IMG/VR virus record: IMGVR_UViG_3300022654_000689
Reading direction: 5' to 3' (one strand)
From: a virus
Taxonomy: Duplodnaviria; Caudoviricetes
Length of the DNA stretch: 64,000 nucleotides
Position numbers and translations under genes: made by a program. Of the stretch, positions 21,335-32,314 are shown one piece after another (position 1 is the first letter of the stretch; the number at the start of each line of letters is the position of its first letter). The notes below the pieces were generated by a model. The model was not told the DNA's origin, did not search any database, and saw only the letters and a program-made list of their open reading frames with translations.

Positions 21335-22015
21335 ATGTTAGATAATAATGGTTTAGTAAGAGCGACTAGAGGAGAAATATACCAAGCAGATCTTGGTATG
21401 AATAGTTTTGGAATAGAAATTAAACCTTTCGTAGTTGTTATACAAAATGATACAGGCAACCATTATGCTGAAAATGTTATAATTGTTCCATTATACGAAG
21501 CAACTAATTATAACAAAGATAAATTTAAAAATTACCCAATGATAAAATTATTCAATAGAAACTATTTCATAAATTATAAAGACATAAACACAATAGATAG
21601 AATAAGATTAATACCTACACCAAAACCTTATGGACAATTAACTAAAGAAGAAGATATAGAATTAAACAAAAAACTAACAGAATTCTTAATAACAGAAAAA
21701 GAATTTAAAAGAGGACAAGTAAGATGGCTAAATGTTGATGACGGAAAACTAGAAGAATATGAACTACATGGAGAAAGACCTGCAGCTATATTAAGATATA
21801 ACAAAGATACAAATGAATATATAGTTGCATTAACAACAAAAAGTAAAAAACGTGGAATAGATACACATGTTCATTTAGAAACAGAAGCTACATTATTCTT
21901 AGAGCATATTAGAACTGTTCCAGCTAATGAATTAGGATTAAATGCAGATTATATATTAAACAAAAAAGAAATGAAAGAGATGGAAGAATGTTTAAGAATT
22001 AGTTTAGCTATATAG
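21335..22015 (+). CDS. Tandem PemK/MazF-domain protein
   Basis: Domain 1 RGEIYQADLG..VVVIQNDTGN..VIIVPL; domain 2 KRGQVRW..ELHGERPAAIL..VALTT..LEHIRTV..ECLRISL. Confidence 0.8.
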   Translation: MLDNNGLVRATRGEIYQADLGMNSFGIEIKPFVVVIQNDTGNHYAENVIIVPLYEATNYNKDKFKNYPMIKLFNRNYFINYKDINTIDRIRLIPTPKPYGQLTKEEDIELNKKLTEFLITEKEFKRGQVRWLNVDDGKLEEYELHGERPAAILRYNKDTNEYIVALTTKSKKRGIDTHVHLETEATLFLEHIRTVPANELGLNADYILNKKEMKEMEECLRISLAI

Positions 22016-22160
22016 TTAAACTAAAAAAAGAAAGTATTATTAAAATACTTTCTTTTTTTAGTTTCACAGTTTATTTTATAAACAAATAATTAATCATAAT
22101 AAATACCTCCTATTTTTTAATCCCATACGATCTACTCAGTCGTATGGGATCTTTTCAGTG

Positions 22161-24098
22161 TTATTGTTCCATAAATCCGGTAAACATTATATCACTCCAG
22201 TTTAATATGTCATCCATTCTAGTACTTAGGTTAGATTTAGCAGATTTTAATATAGTTATGTATATATGCACATCTGTAGTTTGCCCTATACGATATATTC
22301 TATCTTCGCATTGCGACTGATCTGCCTGTCTCCAAGGAGTACCAAAGAAAAACATTTGGTTCGCTTCAATTAATGTAACTCCGGTACTAAGTGTTTGAGA
22401 TGTAGCTAATAATACTTCACAGTTATCATCTTTTTTCCATTTATCTATTAAGTCCATTCTATTAGCAGTACCACCTACAATAGCTACGTTTCCTATTCCT
22501 TCTTTTTCTAAACTTTCTTGTAAATATTTAATTACTGGTAAACTAGATGAGAATATAACTGTTTTCTTATCATTATTTACAATCATATCTATTAATTTCT
22601 TTTTATTTTCTTCGAACATAGTTATAAACATTTCAGCACGTCTACTAGATAATATTTGTCCCACAGCTCTACCCATACAACTTTCTTTAAGTCTGATGGA
22701 CATAGTTTCTGCTTTTTTAAATACTTTTAATTCAGCAGGGGACATTCTAGGATATATATTAGTTTTTGTAAATTCTTCAATTTTTATTTGTTCCACTTCA
22801 TGATAATCTTCTAATCCTTTATCAGGGAAATTATTGACAAATTTCATATATAAATTAAATTCATCACTTGGGCAGTACATTTTATGTTGATTAAGCATCT
22901 CTATATATTCACGTTTATATCTTTCAAAATTAGGTTGTTCTTCTTTCATATATTTTTCAAATAAAGCTTTTACTTCTGCAGTTACAGATTCAACTTCATA
23001 TAAACCAGGTTTTTTAACTGTTAATGGCATTCTCAATACATGTTTAGTTGGTAATTTTAGTACTTCATCTTTAGTACGACGATGTATTATACGTTTAAAA
23101 CGGTTCTTAACTATATTACTACTTGATAGTGAGTCAACGTTAAACATTCTGTTATATACTACTGCAGCCTCCATATCAAAATATGGATCTATTAATAACA
23201 TTGAAGGTATAATTTCATTAGGTAAAGCTTTTATAGGTGTACCTGACATTAATAGAATATCTTTACATTTTATTTTTTTAGCAAATTGTATTAACTCTAT
23301 TACACGTTTACCTTTAAAATTACGGAAATTATGAGATTCATCGACAATTATCATATTTGATTTGTTATCTACATATGGGCCAAGTTTTGCAATAGCTTCT
23401 TGATTTACTATTACATATTTAGTTGTATCTGCATTATATTGAAATTTCTTTTTACCACCTACTATGAAAACTTCGTCATAGTATAATTTATCATTATTTT
23501 CATATTTATAGAAATACTGTTTTATCTCAACTGCCCAGTTTTCTTTTAATGAATTTGGACATACGATATATACTTTTTGAACCTTCAGACATTCAGCAAG
23601 TGCTATTGATGTAAGAGTTTTTCCTAAACCTTGATCAAAGCTTAATATTAGACCACGAAGTGAGTTATTTATTTTACGAGTATTGTAAGTTTTTATAAAT
23701 TCTGATTGATAATTTTTAAGATCGTATCTAATTCCGTTTAATGGTGACATATCTATCGGTCTTTCTTGCCAATCTTCTTTTTTTCCAACCCATGTTTTTT
23801 GTCTAATTTCAGACATAATTATTCGATATTGATAAGAATTATATTTCATGTCTAATTCTTCAAACAATGTTAATATCTCTAATGCAAAAAATAAATGACA
23901 TTCAAGAGTTGCTATTTTCATTTTTTCTTTAGATTTAATTATTTTCATGTTATAAAGCATTAAATCTTTTTTACTATATTGCTGATCAAATATCTTAGCA
24001 ATATTTTTTTCTTCATATAGGTTTTTTATTCTAGCTAACAGTTTTGTCATATTCATATTCTTAATACGTATTTTATTATCTTTTACCTCTACGAACAT
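22161..24098 (-). CDS. SNF2-family (SF2) helicase
   Basis: DQGLGKT, VDESH, MSGTP, STGVTL, QCEDRIYRIGQ. Confidence 0.92.
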   Translation of the reverse strand: MFVEVKDNKIRIKNMNMTKLLARIKNLYEEKNIAKIFDQQYSKKDLMLYNMKIIKSKEKMKIATLECHLFFALEILTLFEELDMKYNSYQYRIIMSEIRQKTWVGKKEDWQERPIDMSPLNGIRYDLKNYQSEFIKTYNTRKINNSLRGLILSFDQGLGKTLTSIALAECLKVQKVYIVCPNSLKENWAVEIKQYFYKYENNDKLYYDEVFIVGGKKKFQYNADTTKYVIVNQEAIAKLGPYVDNKSNMIIVDESHNFRNFKGKRVIELIQFAKKIKCKDILLMSGTPIKALPNEIIPSMLLIDPYFDMEAAVVYNRMFNVDSLSSSNIVKNRFKRIIHRRTKDEVLKLPTKHVLRMPLTVKKPGLYEVESVTAEVKALFEKYMKEEQPNFERYKREYIEMLNQHKMYCPSDEFNLYMKFVNNFPDKGLEDYHEVEQIKIEEFTKTNIYPRMSPAELKVFKKAETMSIRLKESCMGRAVGQILSSRRAEMFITMFEENKKKLIDMIVNNDKKTVIFSSSLPVIKYLQESLEKEGIGNVAIVGGTANRMDLIDKWKKDDNCEVLLATSQTLSTGVTLIEANQMFFFGTPWRQADQSQCEDRIYRIGQTTDVHIYITILKSAKSNLSTRMDDILNWSDIMFTGFMEQ

Positions 24099-24220
24099 AT
24101 TGAACCTCCTTATTTCAAAAAATATCATGATATTCTGTTCTTTTTTCATTTGCATATTATAAGTTTGAGTAACAATTTAAAAATTACTCAAAATCAAATT
24201 AAATTTTAGGAGGTAGTTTT

Positions 24221-24811
24221 ATGAATAATGTTGTTAGAAATGATATGGCTAAATTATTACAAAGATCTTTAAACGCTATATGGGAAAGTAGAATAATATA
24301 TCATATAGAACATTCTGATGAAATTGATATATCTTATTTAAATTCGCTAGTTGAAGCTTATATTAGAGTTGAAAATGCATTTAAAGATATTATATTTGAA
24401 CATAGACTAAAGGTTGAAGGATCTAATTTCTTAAAGAAATCTAAATTTAATAGTTTACCTAGACGTATGAGAGTTGAATTGTTAGACGATGGTGATCAAG
24501 CTACAAGAATGGGATATATTACAAAATCTATGAAAGAATTTTATCAAGGTAAATGTAGTGGAATTTCTTTCTATTTAGTATACAATATGTTTAGTAGAAA
24601 GATACCACTAGATTTTAACAAAGATTGGGCTACACCAGGATATGCGACTGGAGAATACAGAAGAATGAACTTATTAGTTGAAAGATTTTATGTGAAAGAT
24701 GGTGAATCATTCGTATTATTTAAAAACAACTGGGATGTGCAAATTACTGAGAAATCATTCTTTGCAATGAATTTAAAAGGTTTAGAAAATTTATTTGAGG
24801 AGGTAAAGTAA
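24221..24811 (+). CDS. Hypothetical protein
   Basis: SD AGGAGG; CATATTAT early-type motif upstream. Confidence 0.65.
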   Translation: MNNVVRNDMAKLLQRSLNAIWESRIIYHIEHSDEIDISYLNSLVEAYIRVENAFKDIIFEHRLKVEGSNFLKKSKFNSLPRRMRVELLDDGDQATRMGYITKSMKEFYQGKCSGISFYLVYNMFSRKIPLDFNKDWATPGYATGEYRRMNLLVERFYVKDGESFVLFKNNWDVQITEKSFFAMNLKGLENLFEEVK

Positions 24812-24812
24812 T

Positions 24813-26849
24813 ATGAATAATATGAAAGAGATAATGTCTTTATTAAAAATGCATCAAAATTGCATTGCTGAATTAAATTTAAAGAATAGTTTTAAAAAGT
24901 ATGAAAAAGACATTAAAGCTTTATTGGAAAAAGCGTCCGATTTGTATTACAATACTGACGAAAGAATAATAGATGATCAAACTTATGATGACTTATATAA
25001 AATGTACCGTAAGTATACTAATCAAACTATAATAGGAGCTGCACCTAGAACTAATCAAGTAGATGTTGATCATGAATTTATAGATTTAGTAGGAACATTA
25101 GATAAAGTTAATAATTTAAAAGAAACTAAAGAATGGTTAAAAGGTATATTTGGTGATAAAGAGGTTGAAGTTGTTATAACATGGAAGTATGATGGTAACT
25201 CTGTTGTTGAAACAATGCACGATGGTGAGTGTACAATGGGGTTAACAAGAGGTAGAGACGGAAAAGGAAAAGATGTAACAGCATTGTTAAAAGCAATACC
25301 TAGAACATTTCCTAAAGAAATGAAAGGTGATTTTGGTATCAAGTATGAAATCATTATGACTTATAAAAACTTTGAACAATATTTGAAAGATACTGAAAAA
25401 GATTATAAGAACCCTCGTAGTGTTGTTGGCGGTATATTTAGTATGGATGATGGTGTTAAGTATGCTAAGTATTTAACAGCTGTTCCATTATGGATACGTA
25501 AGAAAGGACAAAGAATAAGCAGATTTGATGAAATTCAATTAATGGAACAATATATACCTGATAATATTAACATGAATAATATGTATCAATCTGTTGGAAC
25601 GCTAGATGAAGTAATGAGTGATATAGAGTGGTTATATAATGATTTACAACAAAAACGTGTGTCAGACAGTATGGAATGTATGATAGATGGAATAGTAATA
25701 GAAGTATTAGACCAAGGATTGAGAGATAAATTAGGATATACAAATGATAGTAAAGACATACCTAAGTTTGCAATAGCATTAAAATTCCCATATATGGAAA
25801 AGACAAGTGAAGTAGAAAGAATAGAATTTTGGCTGTCTAAAAATGGTACAGGAATAATAACACCTGTATGCTATTATAAACCAGTACATTTTATAGGAGC
25901 TACACATGAAAAACAATCGTTACAAAACTATAAGAGATTTAAAGAGCTTAATTTAGGTGTAGGATCTCCTATAACAGTACAATTTAGAAATGATGTTTTA
26001 ACTTATATAGAACCATTAGCAACTGACAAAATTATAGAACCAATCCCATTTATAGATCATTGTCCTGAATGTAATGGTGATGTTGAGATAGTTGTTAACG
26101 AATTTGGAGAAGAAACTTATGTAAAATGTGGCAATCCTTTATGTCCTAGTAAAATGGAAGGTCAGATAATGAACTGGATTAATAAACTAGATTTAAAAGG
26201 AATAGGTGCGGCATATGTTCACATGATGTTTGAAAAAGGAGTAGTTACATCTATACCTGATTTATATAGTTGCAGTGAAAAAGACATGGCATTAGCTGTT
26301 AACAGTGAAATTATGGCTAAGAAATTTAAAAAAGCTATAAACGACAAATTAGATGTATTTGACTATGAACTTATAGGTGGACTTGGAATTGATGAGATAT
26401 CTAGAGATACCGCTAAGCTAATATTTAAAGTTATGACATTTGACGAATTCATAGATATATACAATGCTGGTGAACTTAAGACTAAATTAATCAGTATTAA
26501 CGGAATAGGAGATAAGACAATTAAGTATTTAGAAGAAGGTTTAACTGTTAGAGAAGATATGATAAGTGAGTTGTTAGAGCATATAAACATTAAGAATTTT
26601 AAAGATACAATAAAAACAGCTTCTAAAGTATATACGTTTGTAGTTACAGGAAAACTTAATAACTTCACAAGAGACAGTGTAAAAGAATATATAGAAACTA
26701 GAGGATATAAATTAGTAGGAAGTGTAACAAGTAAAACAGACTATCTTGTTAACAATGATATTAATTCTGTATCCGGTAAGAATAAAAAAGCAAAAGAATT
26801 AGGAATACCTATAATAACAGAAGAAGAATTAATAAAAATTTTAGAATAA
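24813..26849 (+). CDS. ligA: NAD-dependent DNA ligase
   Basis: KYDG adenylation motif, TRGRDGKG, IDGIVI, AIALKF, CPEC..C..C Zn finger, C-terminal BRCT. Confidence 0.95.
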   Translation: MNNMKEIMSLLKMHQNCIAELNLKNSFKKYEKDIKALLEKASDLYYNTDERIIDDQTYDDLYKMYRKYTNQTIIGAAPRTNQVDVDHEFIDLVGTLDKVNNLKETKEWLKGIFGDKEVEVVITWKYDGNSVVETMHDGECTMGLTRGRDGKGKDVTALLKAIPRTFPKEMKGDFGIKYEIIMTYKNFEQYLKDTEKDYKNPRSVVGGIFSMDDGVKYAKYLTAVPLWIRKKGQRISRFDEIQLMEQYIPDNINMNNMYQSVGTLDEVMSDIEWLYNDLQQKRVSDSMECMIDGIVIEVLDQGLRDKLGYTNDSKDIPKFAIALKFPYMEKTSEVERIEFWLSKNGTGIITPVCYYKPVHFIGATHEKQSLQNYKRFKELNLGVGSPITVQFRNDVLTYIEPLATDKIIEPIPFIDHCPECNGDVEIVVNEFGEETYVKCGNPLCPSKMEGQIMNWINKLDLKGIGAAYVHMMFEKGVVTSIPDLYSCSEKDMALAVNSEIMAKKFKKAINDKLDVFDYELIGGLGIDEISRDTAKLIFKVMTFDEFIDIYNAGELKTKLISINGIGDKTIKYLEEGLTVREDMISELLEHINIKNFKDTIKTASKVYTFVVTGKLNNFTRDSVKEYIETRGYKLVGSVTSKTDYLVNNDINSVSGKNKKAKELGIPIITEEELIKILE

Positions 26850-26861
26850 AGGAGGAATTAA

Positions 26862-27284
26862 GTGTTTACATTAGGAAAATTTAATTTTCAATTAGACGAA
26901 GAAGCATCGGAAGTAGATGGTGGATATTTAATGTTCACTATTTATAAACGAAATGCCTATAATTGTAACAACGTTCATAATATAAGCGTATTAATACATT
27001 CAGAAACATACGAACTAGAACCATTCTTTTTCTATTATGGAAATCGATTTGGCAATTTTAAATCATGCACAATAAATGACTCTGATATGTGGTATTATGG
27101 TAAAGATAAAGAAGGATGGAAATTTGTAATACCTAAATCTGAAAAATTAGATGATTACATTATAGAATATCCTATCAGTAGAGAATCTGCTTTGACATTA
27201 ATAAAAGTAGTATGTACAATTAGAGATAATTATGAAGAATATGTCAAGAAGATGAATAAAGAAGTAGTAGAATTACAATTATAA
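26862..27284 (+). CDS. Hypothetical protein
   Basis: SD AAGGAGG with GTG start. Confidence 0.65.
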   Translation: MFTLGKFNFQLDEEASEVDGGYLMFTIYKRNAYNCNNVHNISVLIHSETYELEPFFFYYGNRFGNFKSCTINDSDMWYYGKDKEGWKFVIPKSEKLDDYIIEYPISRESALTLIKVVCTIRDNYEEYVKKMNKEVVELQL

Positions 27285-27367
27285 AATGTAAAAAACATAC
27301 AATTATAGAAGGGAAATATATTTCCCTTCTTTTTTTTGAAATTAACTATATAAGGGGGCTGATTATA

Positions 27368-27895
27368 TTGGAAGACAAACGAATGACGAGTCGAGAGTTT
27401 ACTGACTTAGTAGGAATATCATTAAAAACGTTAGAAAGAATGGAAAAAGCTGGAAAAATAACACCTTATAGAGAGGGAAGAACTAGATACTATTTTCATG
27501 AACAAGTTAGACAATTTGAAGAATCAGAAGGTAAATTTATATTAGGTATAGGTATTCAAAAAGATGTTGTAGCTACATTAGCATATAGTGAAAAACCAGA
27601 TGGAGAAATACTTAAAATACTTAGTTTTTGTTTAGACAATAGTATTGCTATTGATGATACTTTTGAAGTCAAATGTAAAGATATCAAACAGGATATAATT
27701 CAATTAGTAGACATATGTAGAAACCCAAAAATTGCCAAGATAATATATAGTGGTAAAGAAAGCGTTTATCCTATACTTAAAGAAGAGTGTCAAGCTTATG
27801 GAGTTATATTAGTTAAAGCTGAAGAACAAGAGAAACCTAAAAAAAGTTGGTGGAGAAGGTGGTTAGATGGCAGACGAAAAAAGAAAAATAGATGA
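27368..27895 (+). CDS. MerR-type HTH plus degenerate resolvase-like domain (IS607 TnpA-derived?)
   Basis: EFTDLVGISLKTLERMEKAGKI..GRTRYY HTH; downstream resembles a resolvase fold but lacks YARVS. Confidence 0.55.
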   Translation: MEDKRMTSREFTDLVGISLKTLERMEKAGKITPYREGRTRYYFHEQVRQFEESEGKFILGIGIQKDVVATLAYSEKPDGEILKILSFCLDNSIAIDDTFEVKCKDIKQDIIQLVDICRNPKIAKIIYSGKESVYPILKEECQAYGVILVKAEEQEKPKKSWWRRWLDGRRKKKNR

Positions 27896-28613
27896 GATAG
27901 GATTATCTGATATTGATGAACTGTACCAAGAAGATATTGATTTATTAAATGCAGAAATGAATGCCATGCAAGAATTATATGACGAAATGAAAATCCACTA
28001 CGATAATGTAAAAAACAAAACTAAAACACAAGCTGGTAGTGGAGCGTACAATTTCTTATTGCAACAGTCTGAAACACTAGTCAAACTAAAAGAAGTCAAA
28101 ATGAAAATGGCTAAAGAAAGAGTTAATACTAAAAAAATTATGATGGATACTAAATTAAGTATTATACGTAATCGTAAAGACGTTGGTAACGAAGAATATA
28201 CTCTTGAAGTCGCTAAGCAAATGTATGATATGGTTATGAAAGGTAAAGTTGGTATGGAAGAACTTAAGAATCCTACTAATTTTATGGATCACGTTTCAAA
28301 TGAAGAAGAAGCCGATAAAGCATTAGCTAAAAAATTGGGTCTAGAAATTGATGAAGATATTGACTATGAAGCTGAATTAGAAGTTTTTGAATTAATTGAT
28401 GAAGAAATAATTGAAGAATCACTCATTCCAGAAGGTATTAAATTTATATGTAATATGCAAGGTGATGTAATAGCGGTTGATGAAGATTACAATGAAGTTT
28501 TAAATGTAGAAATACCAGATGCCTACAAAAAAATTGTATTTAGCTTAAATGACGATGACGAATATATAGCATTAAACATTGATGGTGACGAAGTAGAAAT
28601 TGCAGATTTCTAA
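27867..28613 (+). CDS. Hypothetical acidic coiled-coil protein
   Basis: Overlaps the previous gene; long ORF. Confidence 0.65.
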   Translation: MADEKRKIDEIGLSDIDELYQEDIDLLNAEMNAMQELYDEMKIHYDNVKNKTKTQAGSGAYNFLLQQSETLVKLKEVKMKMAKERVNTKKIMMDTKLSIIRNRKDVGNEEYTLEVAKQMYDMVMKGKVGMEELKNPTNFMDHVSNEEEADKALAKKLGLEIDEDIDYEAELEVFELIDEEIIEESLIPEGIKFICNMQGDVIAVDEDYNEVLNVEIPDAYKKIVFSLNDDDEYIALNIDGDEVEIADF

Positions 28614-28661
28614 TAAGCATTTTGTTTACATATTATATCAATGGAAGGAGTGTGAAGTTAA

Positions 28662-31283
28662 ATGCGTATAACACGTATAAAATTAAAAAACTTTGCGGGT
28701 ATTTATGCAGGAACAGGGTTGAAAGAAATTGATATTGAATTTAATTCAGAGAATACGATGAATATGTTTTTAGCAGCCAATGGTAAAGGTAAGAGTGTTT
28801 TAATGTCATGCCTTACACCATTTAGAGAAACATTTGATGATAGAAAAGATTTAATTATCAAAGAAACTGTTGGGGTAAAAGAACTATGGTTAGAAGACGG
28901 TTCAGATGAATACAAGATAACTCATTACTATGAACCTAAGAACAATAAGTCATTTATTGAAAAGAATGGTGTAGAACTAAATGATAATGGAGGAGTTAAA
29001 TCATTTTTAAATGTACTAAAAGATGAATTAAATTTAGACACGGAATATATTAAAATTGGTAAACTAGGCGCTGGTATTGATAGTTTCGTGTCTATGAACA
29101 GTTCAGATCGCAAGAAGTATATTGGAAATTTTATACCTAATATAGACGATGTATTACAAGCATATGAAGTTGCTAATAGTAATTTTAATGTTAAGAAAAA
29201 AGAACTAAAGAAATTAGAAGGGGAGTTTGAAAAACTCGGAGATATTGACGTAATGAAAGCTAACAGAGATACAATAGAATCAGAAATTAATGAATTAAAT
29301 GGTTCTATTGTATTTAATACTGGCAAAAAGGTACAATTAGAAAAAGAAGCCAAAGATATACATGCTGATGAATTAAATGATAAATTAGATGAATATGGTA
29401 ATATATTAAAGATAGCAGAAAAAGAATATAAGCAAAACCAAGCTGAACTGGATAAACTTTACAATAAGTATGCAAATTTAAAAGACTATGATGATAAACG
29501 CATTAATGATAGTATAATGGTAGAAAGCAATGTAGCAATTGAATGCAAAACCAAAGTTGATATGCTAAATGAAAGAAAAAATGAATTAGTTAAAGAGTAT
29601 AATAATACAATAGATTTAATTAATAATATGACATCTGTCGAATATAGTGAAGAAGATTTAAAAGAGATGTTAAAGCAAAAAAGAGATTTAGAAATTGATA
29701 TTGAAGATGCAGATGTAATAATAGATTCTTATATAAAAACAAATGAAAGCGCTGAATCAATATTATTAAAAATTAATAATACTAATAATTATTGGGATAC
29801 ACTGTCGTCTATCGATACACATACAGAACGACATATAATAATGAAAGCATCAGCACCAATATATAAAACATTTGATGAGATAACTTACATGCAAGTAACT
29901 GAAGAATTAAATGATATTAAAAAAGAAATTATGAGGCTAGAACAATTAAAATCTTTAACTAATGTTTTAGCGGATAGACCCAAAAATTGTATTATACCGA
30001 CTTGTGCTTTCATTAAAACTGCTTTAGAAGCTCAAAATGAAATTGACTCTAAATCAAAAATTTATGATGAAGAAATTAGATTAGCTAAAGCCATAGAAGA
30101 ATTAGATAACAGAAAAAGTTCAATAGACGAATATAATGAGTATATACAAAAAATTATTAATTTCAGTCAACAATGGAAAGTTGATCCTACAGATGTATTA
30201 GAACAAATGAAATCTAATCTTGGAGAATTAAAACATAGAGAAATTAAGAAATTAGAGTCTATGCAAATGTATGTAATGATGAAAGATATGATTGCAAACA
30301 ATAAATCTAAATTAGAATTAGTAAATGCTAAGATAGATAATTTAATGAAAGATAAACAATTGGCAGAAGACGCTCAGAATAAGTATAACGATTCAAATGT
30401 AAAGCTTTCAATACTTGAATCAGAAATTGAAAAGATAAATCTTGAAGCTGAAAAACTAATTAAAAGAATGAATGTTGCTAATGCTAAATTAAAAATCTTA
30501 AATTCAGTAAAAGATGCAAGAAAAGTAGTGACTGATAGTTTAGAAAAAGTTAATGAATCTAATGAATTTGTAACTAACAATAAAAAACTTATTCAGCGTT
30601 CTAAAGAAATTAGTAATGAACTAGGTATTATTAATAAAGAAATTGAAAAACTTACGCAATCTATTACAATCCATAAAAGTAATGTTAAAGAATTAGACCG
30701 CAAAATTATACTAGCCGAAGATATAACTGAAAGATATAATACACTTAATAAAGATTTTAGTAAGTATAAAGCATTAAGAGATACCCTAGATCCAAAACAA
30801 GGATTCCCGGTATTATTTATTAAGACATATTTAGAAGATATTAGTGATAGAGTAAACGAATTATTAAATGTTGCATACGATGGAGCATTCCAAATTAAAT
30901 TCAATATTACAGCTAGAGATTTTTTAATAGAAGTCTACAAAAGTGATGGAACGATGCTTAATGATATTAAACAAGCAAGTCAAGGAGAATTATCCATGAC
31001 TACAGTTTCATTATCATTAGCAATTATGGAAAAAAGTATAGATAGATATAATATCTTATACCTAGACGAAGTTGATGCAACGTTAAGTTCTGAGAATAGA
31101 CGATTGTTCATAGATATAATTCAAAAACAAATTGAGAAAATGGGTATAGAACAAGTATTCATTATAAGTCATAATAACGAGTATTTTAGTTATCCAATGA
31201 ATTTAGTATTACTAGAAGGTCATGATTTAGATACCGATGATGAGGATTTAATGAGTAATAAAAAAATTGTGTATGAATTATAG
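28662..31283 (+). CDS. sbcC: SbcC/Rad50-like SMC ATPase
   Basis: ANGKGKS Walker A, long coiled coil with central CIIPTC, ASQGE signature, LYLDEVD, IISH. Confidence 0.9.
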   Translation: MRITRIKLKNFAGIYAGTGLKEIDIEFNSENTMNMFLAANGKGKSVLMSCLTPFRETFDDRKDLIIKETVGVKELWLEDGSDEYKITHYYEPKNNKSFIEKNGVELNDNGGVKSFLNVLKDELNLDTEYIKIGKLGAGIDSFVSMNSSDRKKYIGNFIPNIDDVLQAYEVANSNFNVKKKELKKLEGEFEKLGDIDVMKANRDTIESEINELNGSIVFNTGKKVQLEKEAKDIHADELNDKLDEYGNILKIAEKEYKQNQAELDKLYNKYANLKDYDDKRINDSIMVESNVAIECKTKVDMLNERKNELVKEYNNTIDLINNMTSVEYSEEDLKEMLKQKRDLEIDIEDADVIIDSYIKTNESAESILLKINNTNNYWDTLSSIDTHTERHIIMKASAPIYKTFDEITYMQVTEELNDIKKEIMRLEQLKSLTNVLADRPKNCIIPTCAFIKTALEAQNEIDSKSKIYDEEIRLAKAIEELDNRKSSIDEYNEYIQKIINFSQQWKVDPTDVLEQMKSNLGELKHREIKKLESMQMYVMMKDMIANNKSKLELVNAKIDNLMKDKQLAEDAQNKYNDSNVKLSILESEIEKINLEAEKLIKRMNVANAKLKILNSVKDARKVVTDSLEKVNESNEFVTNNKKLIQRSKEISNELGIINKEIEKLTQSITIHKSNVKELDRKIILAEDITERYNTLNKDFSKYKALRDTLDPKQGFPVLFIKTYLEDISDRVNELLNVAYDGAFQIKFNITARDFLIEVYKSDGTMLNDIKQASQGELSMTTVSLSLAIMEKSIDRYNILYLDEVDATLSSENRRLFIDIIQKQIEKMGIEQVFIISHNNEYFSYPMNLVLLEGHDLDTDDEDLMSNKKIVYEL

Positions 31284-31296
31284 GAGGTAATTTAAA

Positions 31297-31644
31297 ATGG
31301 CTAGAATAGTTGAAAGCATTGAAAAATTTATTGGAATAATCTATAATAGAACCGATAATATATATCAAGAATTTAGAATATGTAACCGAGAAGAATTTGT
31401 ACAAAAAGTAATAGATTTTACAATAGACAATAAAAAGATAGAAGGAAGAATTATTGATACTGAAATTGAAGTAGAATCTATCTCGGATCCAATGTCATAT
31501 TTTGGTTCTTATGATCCTGTATTAAAAGTAAAAATTGAATTTACTAAAAGTGAAAGTTCACATTTTATATTGTCTGAGTATGTTTCAACTTACTATTATT
31601 TTGATATTATAACTGAAAAAGATTATGTTGAAAGATTATTATAG
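31297..31644 (+). CDS. Hypothetical protein (ends EKDYVERLL)
   Basis: SD GGAGG. Confidence 0.65.
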   Translation: MARIVESIEKFIGIIYNRTDNIYQEFRICNREEFVQKVIDFTIDNKKIEGRIIDTEIEVESISDPMSYFGSYDPVLKVKIEFTKSESSHFILSEYVSTYYYFDIITEKDYVERLL

Positions 31645-31657
31645 GGAGGCATTTTTT

Positions 31658-31948
31658 ATGTACATTGTAGCATGGAAGAAAAAAACTAAAGAAACAAAAG
31701 AACATTATGAAGTTGAAAATGTAGAAGAATTTATAGACCACATTTCATCTATAATGAAGCATGAGTTTGTAAGTAAACAGCCAAACTGTTCTATAGAAGA
31801 TATTACATGGAGTCAATCAGATTGGATGTTTATACCAGAAGATGTTAAATTTATAGGAATAAGTAAAAAAGACGAGGAATATTTATTCCTCGATTATAGG
31901 TATTTTAAAGAAGTGAATGAAAAAGAATTTTATGAAAGTATGTTATAG
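31658..31948 (+). CDS. Hypothetical protein (ends EKEFYESML)
   Basis: SD GGGAGG before ATG 31658. Confidence 0.65.
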   Translation: MYIVAWKKKTKETKEHYEVENVEEFIDHISSIMKHEFVSKQPNCSIEDITWSQSDWMFIPEDVKFIGISKKDEEYLFLDYRYFKEVNEKEFYESML

Positions 31949-31959
31949 GAGGTAGTACA

Positions 31960-32277
31960 ATGAAATTTGGAAGAGAAGATATAATATTTTTAGCAATAAC
32001 TGCAGTTGCTATATTAGCTTCAGCAATAACAATATTTATTATGGACAAATGTATAGATGATAGAGATTTAACAATAGAACAAATGGAATATAAGATAGAA
32101 GAATTATATCAGGAAAATGAAGAACTTAAAAACATAGATACTAATGAAGATGAATTAAAAGAAGTTCAAGACGAAAATGAAGAGTTACGTAAAGAAAATG
32201 AAGAACTTAAAAAATTAATGGATGAAAAACAAGAATATATCAATTACCTTTATAATCAATTAAACAAGCGTAGATAG
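31960..32277 (+). CDS. Membrane-anchored coiled-coil protein
   Basis: N-terminal TM helix; ENEEL repeats. Confidence 0.65.
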   Translation: MKFGREDIIFLAITAVAILASAITIFIMDKCIDDRDLTIEQMEYKIEELYQENEELKNIDTNEDELKEVQDENEELRKENEELKKLMDEKQEYINYLYNQLNKRR

Positions 32278-32314
32278 GACATTCCTATCTACGTTTTATT
32301 TTTGGAGGAAACTA

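Noticed and set aside
22071-22097. Minus-strand 8-codon ORF (MINYLFIK) with a strong SD
   Set aside because: Too short to support; may be a gene remnant.
27368-27895. Active IS607 element
   Set aside because: Catalytic serine motif is absent, there is no TnpB, and no element ends are visible.
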